NCBI GenBank assembly: GCA_964527215.1
Contig: CAZGNZ010000001.1
Coordinates: forward strand, 1,276-65,275
Direction: 5' to 3'
DNA length: 64,000 bases
Origin: an uncultured bacterium
GTDB lineage: Bacteria; Fidelibacterota; Marinisomatia; SCGC-AAA003-L08; JACNLC01
The notes beneath the pieces were generated by a model, which saw only the letters and a list, made by a program, of their open reading frames with translations, did no database searches and was not told where the DNA came from. Every line of letters starts with the position of its first letter. Positions within the stretch are counted from its first letter, which is position 1. Below are positions 1 through 7,221 of this stretch, in pieces. A program made the position numbers and the translations under genes.

Positions 1-1
1 T

Positions 2-250
2 AATGCCATCGCCAGTCTGGCTGAGTCGGTACAGACAGTGGGTAACTACCTGGTACGACTGAAAAGCAAAGAAGAGGCCCTTTCAGTATCGGTTACGAAT
101 ACCGAAGCCGCAAGGAGCCGCATTGTGGATGCGGACTTTGCCGAAGAGCAGATGTCGCTGATGAAGTATCAGATTCTTCAGCAGACCGGTCTTTCGGCCC
201 TTTCCCAGGCGAATTCAGCCCCGCAGGCAGTTCTCGCGTTATTCCAGTAA
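2..250 (+). CDS. fliC: Flagellin, C-terminal fragment (5' end lies outside the window)
   Basis: Frame is open from the window edge. It ends with the conserved flagellin C-terminal signature [46 protein letters not shown]. Confidence 0.85.
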   Translation, partial: NAIASLAESVQTVGNYLVRLKSKEEALSVSVTNTEAARSRIVDADFAEEQMSLMKYQILQQTGLSALSQANSAPQAVLALFQ

Positions 251-307
251 TCCTGTAAAGGGATTATTGAAGCAGCTGTTTGAAAAGAGTATCAGAAAGG
301 AGACAGC

Positions 308-499
308 ATGAGTGGTATCATGAGTGTCAAGGAAGTTGCGAGCTTTTTGAGGATACGTGAGCAGACCGCCTACCGTCTGGTTCAGCAGGGCAAGATCCCT
401 GCTGTTAAGATCGGAGGTCAGTGGAAGGTGATGTCAGATCATCTGGACCGCATGTTCGAAGAAATGCTTGCAGAGAAGATGAAAGTTCTAAAGGAGTAA
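308..499 (+). CDS. Small helix-turn-helix DNA-binding protein (excisionase/MerR-like HTH family)
   Basis: 63 aa with SD AAAGGAGA just upstream. VKEVASFLRIREQTAYRLVQQGKIPAVKIGGQWKV fits the excisionase-type HTH pattern. Confidence 0.7.
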   Translation: MSGIMSVKEVASFLRIREQTAYRLVQQGKIPAVKIGGQWKVMSDHLDRMFEEMLAEKMKVLKE

Positions 500-525
500 G
501 ACCATTCTCCATCAGTTTTAATCGC

Positions 526-552
526 AGCCCGTCAGTCGACGGGCTGTTTTTG
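526..552 (+). terminator. Rho-independent terminator after the HTH gene
   Basis: Hairpin AGCCCGTC-AGTC-GACGGGCT followed by GTTTTTG. Confidence 0.75.
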
Positions 553-657
553 TTATACGCGCCCGGCAGGGCGCAGTCCATTCAACCGACAAAGGGAATC
601 TCCAATGGAGACAGCCCTTGTTCTATTTAAGACGTTGTATGGGCAGAATCGCCGCAA

Positions 658-1215
658 TTATGAAATCAGGAAGCGAACTGCAATGATAATCAGTACAAGT
701 CCGCCAAACAGGCCGGCACGCCTGCCGACCTTGACAGCTAGCAGTCTTCCCAGACGGATACCGACGTAGGTCATGAGGCTGGCTGTAATTCCGATACAAA
801 GCGACGGAAGAAGCAGTTTCCCGCCGGTCAGTCCAATGCTGACACCCACTCCCAATGCATCAATGCTGGTTGCCAGCGACAGCAGCACCAGCGTCCATCC
901 GCGGGTCGGATCCCCTGGCATATCAGCCGGATTACCATCCTCAAGAAAGCTGTCCCATATCATTTTTACTGCGATCAATGCCAGCAGCAGCGCGGCAATC
1001 ATTTTTCCGTATGAGGCAGTATATGCTGCAAACCGGTATCCCGCCAGCCAGCCTGCAATCGGCATCGCAAACTGGAAAAATCCAAAGTGGAAAACCAACC
1101 GAAACTGTGCCCTGCGGCTCAGCGGACGGGATGCGAGGGCCAGCCCGACAGAGAATGTGTCGCAGCCCAGCGCAGCCGAAATTGCCAGTAACATCGGGAT
1201 AGAAGAGATTTCCAT
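658..1215 (-). CDS. mntP: Manganese efflux pump MntP (DUF204 family)
   Basis: 185 aa, about 6 TM helices. MEISSIPMLLAISAALGCDTFSVGLALA and the internal repeat LSLATSIDALGVGVSIG are typical of MntP. Confidence 0.8.
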   Translation of the reverse strand: MEISSIPMLLAISAALGCDTFSVGLALASRPLSRRAQFRLVFHFGFFQFAMPIAGWLAGYRFAAYTASYGKMIAALLLALIAVKMIWDSFLEDGNPADMPGDPTRGWTLVLLSLATSIDALGVGVSIGLTGGKLLLPSLCIGITASLMTYVGIRLGRLLAVKVGRRAGLFGGLVLIIIAVRFLIS

Positions 1216-1405
1216 GGTTCTAATTAGGGGCGCAAAATTACTATTGATAACTCAGTATTTGAAACGGAAAGCGAAAGCAGGAATAGACGGGGGTGCACAT
1301 CGAAATCCGGTTCCTGATACAAATGCATTTCTCAAACGCACCTGCTGAGCGGCAAACCAGTGAAGGCATGCAGGGGCAGGATAATGTGATCTTGAAAATG
1401 AACCA

Positions 1406-1983
1406 TTACACGCGCAGGTTGAATTCCTTTGCGTGAATGTGAATTTGATAATAAGGATGCCGGTGGAAATACCTCGAATGATGAAGATCGATATTGTCTG
1501 CATATTTCATGAGAATATCTTTGCGTAAAAAGCTTCCCATTTTCCGGTCGATGATAATTCTGGCGGTTCTGCACCATCAAACGGCAGACAAACTGGTGTC
1601 CGGATTGACTCCCTGCGGCATAATACTGAAACCAGCATCCAGGACCATCGGTTGGAATTTGCACCATTTGAATCCGCCAGTCGGCGCGGCAGCGAAATAG
1701 TTAATGCCCCGATCGATTACTGTAACCCCGTCCTGTCAGCTGACGGGCGGGGAAATTCATAGAGCCGGGCATCGGTGAATTAGGGATACAAATTCTGAAA
1801 AAGCCGATTGGCATGAACAGGTCTGCTGCGTTTCAGTCGGTTCCAGCAGGTGTGAAAAAAACCATCTTCCGGACACATCAAATAATGGTAGATTTCATTT
1901 CCGTATTTTTGTGGAAAAAGTCGGAATAACGCGCTGTTTGTCATAAGTCCTTCACCAGACAAGGTGATGGTGGCGATTGGCAA
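1406..1983 (-). pseudogene. Possible decayed gene of unknown identity (fragments in two frames, one in-frame TGA)
   Basis: Minus-strand fragment 1983->1780 (MTNSALFRLFPQKYGNEIYHYLMCPEDGFFHTCWNRLK...) ends in TAA. A protein-like frame with no start codon follows at 1735->1409 (VTVIDRGINYFAAAPTGGFKWCKFQPMVLDAGFSIMPQGVNPDTSLSAV*WCRTARIIIDRKMGSFLRKDILMKYADNIDLHH...). That frame is interrupted by TGA at 1577-1579. Confidence 0.3.
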
Positions 1984-2150
1984 GCGAAAGATTCAAAGCA
2001 GATCCCCATAAACGCTTTTTTCTTTTTCAGGTCCCCTGCGATTGTGCACCTGCGTGCTCTATGCAGTCATGCGAGCCGGTCAGCGGGAGGATACTTCGTT
2101 ACCATTTACGCGAAAAACAGTACGTCATTATCTCTAAAAACGGAGCATAA

Positions 2151-3011
2151 ATGAATAAAAATACCCTAATTCTGATAGCTTTCGGCATCATTGTAATGGT
2201 GGTGTATGTCTTGGGCTATGGCGGCATTTTCAAAGAGGGTAACGCCCCAATGTTTGTCGCAGTTATGCTGGTCTCACTGACTATTTTGTATTACACCAAT
2301 CGCGCCAAACGCGGAGAAGAAATTTATCTGCGTCCCATTCCCGGTCTGAAGGCACTGGAAGAAGCAGTCGGACGGGCCACTGAAATGGGAAAACCGGTGC
2401 TGTTTGTTCCGGGAATACAGGATATGGATCAGGTTGAAACCGTTGCCGGGGTGATTATCCTCGGGAAGGTTGCCAGTCTTACGGCGCAGTACGAAGCCGG
2501 TTTGAATGTACCGGTATCCCGGTCCATCGTAATGGAAGCGGCCCGGGAAACCTGCAGGGAGGCATACTTGAAGGAAGGCCGCCCTGACCTGTATTTTGAC
2601 GACATGGTTCATTACCTGACGGATGATCAGTTTGCCTATGCTGCCGGTGTAGACGGCATTATGCTGCGGGAGAAGCCAGCTGCCTGTTTCTACCAGGGGA
2701 AATTCTACGCGGAATCCCTGATCCTTGCTGAAACGGGTAACTCTATCGGTGCCATTCAGATTGCAGGTACCGGATCACCATCCCAGATACCGTTTTTCGT
2801 GACGGCCTGTGACTACACCCTCATCGGTGAGGAATTCTTTACGGCCAGCGCTTACCTGTCCCAAAAACCGGAACTGCTGGGAAGCATCAAAGGTCAGGAT
2901 ATCGTGAAGCTGATTGTCATGATTGCCATGGTGACTGTCCTGGTGGTAAACGGGTTTTATTCATTGGGCATGATTGATTTTGATATAACAGAATTTCTGA
3001 CGTCTAAATAG
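2151..3011 (+). CDS. Membrane protein of unknown function (2 N-terminal TM, about 200-aa soluble alpha/beta-like domain, C-terminal TM); gene 1 of 4-gene module
   Basis: 286 aa with SD GGAG 9 nt upstream. Hydrophobic segments LILIAFGIIVMVVYVLGYGGIF, MFVAVMLVSLTILYY and IVKLIVMIAMVTVLVVNGFY. I recognise no catalytic motif. Confidence 0.75.
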   Translation: MNKNTLILIAFGIIVMVVYVLGYGGIFKEGNAPMFVAVMLVSLTILYYTNRAKRGEEIYLRPIPGLKALEEAVGRATEMGKPVLFVPGIQDMDQVETVAGVIILGKVASLTAQYEAGLNVPVSRSIVMEAARETCREAYLKEGRPDLYFDDMVHYLTDDQFAYAAGVDGIMLREKPAACFYQGKFYAESLILAETGNSIGAIQIAGTGSPSQIPFFVTACDYTLIGEEFFTASAYLSQKPELLGSIKGQDIVKLIVMIAMVTVLVVNGFYSLGMIDFDITEFLTSK

Positions 3012-3019
3012 GGAGTATC

Positions 3020-4057
3020 ATGTTTTTAAAACGACAAGTACCACTGATTATTGTGATTGCCGTCGGACTGATTACCCTGTTCGGGCATTTTATTCAGAAT
3101 GATCAGATTCAGAATTTCGTGGATAATGATTCCACCCAGTGGTTTGACATTATCGCATCATTTGCCATGTTTCTGGGAGCATTGAACCTCCTGAAACTGC
3201 AAATAGTAAAGATTTATAAAAAACAGCGCAACTGGCCTTACAGCATCCTTGCGGTATTGGGTTTTGCATTTGCCATTACGGCGGGATTTTTCTTCAAAGG
3301 CGCCAATACCATCCAGATCAATAACGTAAATCCGGCACGGCTGGAACAGGTAGCCTCCATCATTGCAGAAGAGACGGAAGAGCCCGTTGAAACGGTGCTG
3401 GCCGGACTGGAAACGGCACCGGATTCCTATGACATCAACCGAATCTACATATCCAGAAAGAATGCACAGGAGTTTGCAGGTCGGCTGGAAGGTGTCGGCG
3501 TAACTACTGCACTGGGTGAAATCGACTGGGGGGCACATATGCAGGCTCGGCGAGGGGACAGCAGTTCACTGTTTACATGGATGTTTACGCATGTCTTTAC
3601 ACCATTGTCAGCGACCATGTTCGCGCTGCTGGCATTTTTTGTGGCATCGGCATCCTACCGGGCATTCAGAATTCGAAACTTTGAAGCCACCCTGCTGCTG
3701 GCCGCCGGAATTATCCTTATGCTGGGACGGGTTCCGTTTGGTCAGCTGATCCCAGCCTGGTTTGTGGGAATTCTTTTCTCGATGGGTGTGGGCGCGTTCA
3801 CGGCCCCGATGCTGCGCAGCCGGGGACTGGTATTTGGCGTGACTGTCGGACTGATGGCGGTGATTGTTATTATGCAGTTTGCGATACCGGATATTCTGAA
3901 CGCTATTTTTTACCTGCCTGAACTGCAGGCATGGATCATGGAATATCCCACCACTGCCGGTACTCGGGCCATCATGATTGGTATTGGTCTGGGCATAGTG
4001 GGAACATCATTCCGGATTATCGTTGGCATGGAACGTTCATTCCTGGGAGAACACTAA
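3020..4057 (+). CDS. Polytopic membrane protein of unknown function (about 8 TM with an acidic soluble insert); gene 2 of module
   Basis: 345 aa. SD GGGAG overlaps the stop of gene 1, leaving an 8-nt gap. Several hydrophobic helices; insert is IAEETEEPVETVLAGLETAPDSYD. Confidence 0.75.
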   Translation: MFLKRQVPLIIVIAVGLITLFGHFIQNDQIQNFVDNDSTQWFDIIASFAMFLGALNLLKLQIVKIYKKQRNWPYSILAVLGFAFAITAGFFFKGANTIQINNVNPARLEQVASIIAEETEEPVETVLAGLETAPDSYDINRIYISRKNAQEFAGRLEGVGVTTALGEIDWGAHMQARRGDSSSLFTWMFTHVFTPLSATMFALLAFFVASASYRAFRIRNFEATLLLAAGIILMLGRVPFGQLIPAWFVGILFSMGVGAFTAPMLRSRGLVFGVTVGLMAVIVIMQFAIPDILNAIFYLPELQAWIMEYPTTAGTRAIMIGIGLGIVGTSFRIIVGMERSFLGEH

Positions 4058-4899
4058 TGGAAAAGCTGCTGAACATTATCGTTAAACTGGGGTCCGTTGA
4101 CCGGCGTTATATCTTTGTGCTTGTGGGACTGGCGGTGCTGCTCCCGCTGATCTGGCCTGTGGATATTCCGGTCAGGGCAGAAAAAGATTCTAATACTGTG
4201 TACGAAACTGTGGAAGGTCTGCCGCAAAATTCCAACGTTCTGGTCTCTTTTGAGTACGGCCCGTCCACCAGACCTGAAATTCATCCGATGGCCATGGCCA
4301 TGCTGAGGCATCTGTTCAGAAACGGTCATCGGGTATATGCAACAGCACTTTGGCCGGATGGTGTTTTCATGTCCACCGAGGCGTTTTCGCAGATGGAAAC
4401 CGAGTACGACATCGAATACGGGACGGATTATGTGAATCTGGGGTATCGTCCGGGCAACGAAGCTGTTGTTAAGGGCATTGCCGCCAGTATTCCCACCCTC
4501 TATACTGCCGACACACGGGGGAATCAGCTGGCGGATATTCCCATGATGAACGGTATAGAAAATGTTCGGAATTTCGATCTGGTTTTCAGTCTGTCTGCCG
4601 GGTATCCGGGCTCCAAGGAATGGGTGCAGTTTGCCTGTGATCCCAACGACGTTCTCCTCTCAACCGGCTGCACTTCTGTGCAGGTTACGGAGGTGCTGCC
4701 GTATGTGAAGCACGGACAGATCAGCGGAATTCTGGCCGGAATGCCCGGAGCGGCTGAGTATGAAAATCTCATCAATCTGCCGGATCAGGCCACGCAGAAA
4801 ATGGCAGCCCAGAGCTTTGCCCATCTTATAATCGTGCTGTTCATCATATTCGGGAACATCACCTTTTTCATTCAACGCAAACAAGCCCAAAAGAAATAG
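4057..4899 (+). CDS. Membrane-anchored protein of unknown function (N-terminal TM, about 230-aa soluble alpha/beta-like domain, C-terminal TM); gene 3 of module
   Basis: The track ORF 3931..4899 overlaps gene 2. I place the start at the ATG in the TAATG stop/start overlap (4055-4059), preceded by GGGAGA. Product begins MEKLLNIIVKLGSVDRRYIFVLVGLAVLLPLIW and ends FAHLIIVLFIIFGNITFFIQRKQAQKK. Confidence 0.7.
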   Translation: MEKLLNIIVKLGSVDRRYIFVLVGLAVLLPLIWPVDIPVRAEKDSNTVYETVEGLPQNSNVLVSFEYGPSTRPEIHPMAMAMLRHLFRNGHRVYATALWPDGVFMSTEAFSQMETEYDIEYGTDYVNLGYRPGNEAVVKGIAASIPTLYTADTRGNQLADIPMMNGIENVRNFDLVFSLSAGYPGSKEWVQFACDPNDVLLSTGCTSVQVTEVLPYVKHGQISGILAGMPGAAEYENLINLPDQATQKMAAQSFAHLIIVLFIIFGNITFFIQRKQAQKK

Positions 4900-4910
4900 G
4901 GGGGAGTGAT

Positions 4911-5744
4911 ATGTTAGTTTCTTCAGAAATTCTGGGGGCTTGGATTGCAACGTTCCTGACCCTCGCCATTTTCAGCTATCTCTATGATGACAATCCGTTC
5001 TACAAAGCCGCCGAACACATTTATGTGGGCGTTTCCGCAGGGTACTGGGCCTGCATTGCTTTCTGGAATCAGGTCCAACCGAATCTGTTTGGACGGCTGT
5101 GGCCCAGACTGCCCGAAGATGCCGAAATGGGTCTGCTTATGAAAATCTGGTACGGGATTTACGGTTTTCTGGGTATTTTCAGTAAAAACGTATTCCCTGA
5201 AGGCGGGATTGAAGGTCATACCGATATCCACTGGATGTATCTCATTCCGCTGGCATTGGGCATCATGATGCTGCTGCGCCTGGTTCCGAAAGTGGGATGG
5301 CTGGCGCGGTGGGCTCTGGCATATATTGTGGGAATGGCAGCCGGTTTGAGATTTTACGGCTATCTGAATTCAGATGTGATTGAACAGGTCAAGGCCAGCA
5401 CGGTGGATTTTTCCGGATCACCGGGAAGTATTATCGGAGGTCTTCTGGTTGTGCTGGGAACGCTGGCTGGCTTGGTGTATTTCTTTTTCTCCAAAGCTCA
5501 TACCGGGGCTATCGGAAAAATCAGCAAACTGGGAATTTACTTCCTGATGATTTCATTTGGCGCTTCGTTCGGATTCACCGTGATGGGCCGAATATCGCTC
5601 CTCATCGGAAGGCTGGAAATGCTGATGGATTACACCCACAGCGAGTTTCTGCATTCAACGTGGTGGCTGTTGGGTATCATGATCATTCTGCTGGGTATCT
5701 GGGCGTTTACCGGCAAGGGACGGAAAACAGAGCTGCCCGCCTGA
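4911..5744 (+). CDS. Polytopic membrane protein of unknown function; gene 4 of module
   Basis: 277 aa. SD GGGGGGAG, 11 nt after the gene 3 stop. Multiple hydrophobic helices. Confidence 0.75.
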   Translation: MLVSSEILGAWIATFLTLAIFSYLYDDNPFYKAAEHIYVGVSAGYWACIAFWNQVQPNLFGRLWPRLPEDAEMGLLMKIWYGIYGFLGIFSKNVFPEGGIEGHTDIHWMYLIPLALGIMMLLRLVPKVGWLARWALAYIVGMAAGLRFYGYLNSDVIEQVKASTVDFSGSPGSIIGGLLVVLGTLAGLVYFFFSKAHTGAIGKISKLGIYFLMISFGASFGFTVMGRISLLIGRLEMLMDYTHSEFLHSTWWLLGIMIILLGIWAFTGKGRKTELPA

Positions 5745-5795
5745 TCTGAATCAGGAACTATTCAGTGATCCGGCCCGAGCGGATCAAAAATAACC

Positions 5796-5853
5796 GAAGC
5801 TCGAAACCAGACCATCTGAAAACTGATATTGGTTTCGGGCTTCCTTTTCGTTT
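5796..5853 (+). terminator. Candidate terminator / structured spacer after the membrane module
   Basis: GAAGCTCGAAACC ... GGTTTCGGGCTTC gives a 13-bp stem with one G-U pair and a 22-nt loop, followed by CTTTTCGTTT. The loop is long for a canonical terminator. Confidence 0.4.
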
Positions 5854-5925
5854 GATGCGGTTCCGCCTGGCAGGTGATAACCAGGCCGAGCAATCAGACA
5901 TAACATGCAATGAACAGGGATTTGT

Positions 5926-6939
5926 GTGAGTACACCAATCATTCAGGTTCGGAATTTAAAGACCTATTTCAAGACGGATGAGGGTATTGCCCGGGCTGTT
6001 GATGATGTCAGCTTTGATGTGTTTAAAGGGGAAACTCTCGGAATTGTGGGAGAATCAGGCTGCGGAAAATCAGTGACCGCTTTGTCAATCATGAGACTGA
6101 TCGATTCACCTCCCGGATTTTTCGCCGGCGGTGAAATCCTGTATAATAATGAAAATATTCTGGATCTGCCGGATCGACGTCTGAGGGAAATCCGCGGGAA
6201 TAATGTTTCCATGATTTTTCAGGAGCCCATGACATCACTTAATCCGGTTTTTACTTGTGGAAATCAGATTATGGAAGCTGTCCGCCTTCACCAGGGACTG
6301 GATAAAGCCGCTGCAGAAAAGAAGGCGGTGGAGATGCTGGAGCTGGTGGGAATCCCCGATCCACAGCAGCGGATTCATGAATATCCTCACCAGCTGTCCG
6401 GAGGGATGCGCCAGCGCGTCATGATAGCCATGGCACTGTCCTGCAACCCGGCCGTTCTGATTGCTGACGAGCCCACAACCGCTCTGGATGTGACCATTCA
6501 GGCACAAATCCTGGAACTGATGCTGGATCTTCAGAAAGAACTGGGATTATCCATCATCATGATTACCCATGACCTGGGTGTGATTGCCGAAATTGCAGAC
6601 CGGGTCATTGTGATGTACGCCGGTGAAATTGTAGAGGAAGGGACGGCGGGAGAAATCTTCAAACAGCCGTCACATCCCTATACGCACGGCCTGCTTCGTT
6701 CCATTCCCAATCTGTCAGCAATCGAGGATCATCCTGATACGCTGTACACAATCAGGGGGATGGTGCCCAGTGCTACCGAATTTCCGTCCGGATGTCATTT
6801 CCATCCCCGGTGCTCCCTTGTCACTGATCGCTGCCGCAATGAAAAACCGGTACTGGAAGTTCTGTCCGAGGACTCTACTCACGGTGTACGATGCTGGGAA
6901 ACGGATCAGGTTCAGGCAGGCGCAATGGAAACAGACTGA
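5926..6939 (+). CDS. ABC transporter ATP-binding protein, DppD/OppD (oligopeptide/dipeptide) type; no cognate permease or binding protein nearby
   Basis: GTG start. Walker A GESGCGKS, signature LSGGMRQR, Walker [12 protein letters not shown], and the Opp/Dpp-type C-terminal extension [12 protein letters not shown]...CHFHPRC. Confidence 0.9.
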   Translation: MSTPIIQVRNLKTYFKTDEGIARAVDDVSFDVFKGETLGIVGESGCGKSVTALSIMRLIDSPPGFFAGGEILYNNENILDLPDRRLREIRGNNVSMIFQEPMTSLNPVFTCGNQIMEAVRLHQGLDKAAAEKKAVEMLELVGIPDPQQRIHEYPHQLSGGMRQRVMIAMALSCNPAVLIADEPTTALDVTIQAQILELMLDLQKELGLSIIMITHDLGVIAEIADRVIVMYAGEIVEEGTAGEIFKQPSHPYTHGLLRSIPNLSAIEDHPDTLYTIRGMVPSATEFPSGCHFHPRCSLVTDRCRNEKPVLEVLSEDSTHGVRCWETDQVQAGAMETD

Positions 6940-7087
6940 AGTGTCTGTCCCGGATGTAGAACCGGGACGATGCCAATGTTTGTATGAGCTGTTCATTTTT
7001 ATTTTTGGCATGAACACTTTTTCTTGTTTTGAAATTATATGACTGAATAAATTTAGAGCCTTTTTAATTATGGATAATTCTACCTAT

Positions 7088-7160
7088 GGGGATATAGCTC
7101 AGTTGGGAGAGCGCGTGAATGGCATTCACGAGGTCAGCGGTTCGATCCCGCTTATCTCCA
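7088..7160 (+). tRNA. tRNA-Ala (anticodon GGC at 7121-7123)
   Basis: 73-nt cloverleaf. Acceptor GGGGATA/TATCTCC includes the G3:U70 alanine identity pair. Anticodon arm CGTGA-ATGGCAT-TCACG, T-arm GGTTCGATCC. CCA is not encoded. Confidence 0.95.
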
Positions 7161-7221
7161 CATCTAAAATTTCAATTGATGTACCTCATTCCATCGAAGA
7201 TAATAAACTTGGAGATTCCCT

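Noticed and set aside
1216-1400. Expected a yybP-ykoY (manganese) riboswitch in the mntP leader
   Set aside because: The minus-strand leader lacks the conserved GGGGAGUAG / GAGAGAC-type blocks. I could not build the four-helix architecture by eye. A cmsearch with RF00080 would settle it.
1577-1579. Selenocysteine or other recoding of the in-frame TGA in the putative gene remnant
   Set aside because: TGA is used as a normal stop by neighbouring genes, for example the ABC ATPase. I see no SECIS-like hairpin immediately downstream. The frame also lacks a start and needs an additional frameshift, so pseudogenisation is the simpler explanation.
3931-4056. N-terminal 42-codon extension of membrane-module gene 3 (track ORF start 3931)
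   Set aside because: The extension overlaps the end of gene 2 in another frame and is His/Trp/Gly-rich (MDHGISHHCRYSGHHDWYW). The ATG at 4057 has an SD and a stop/start overlap.
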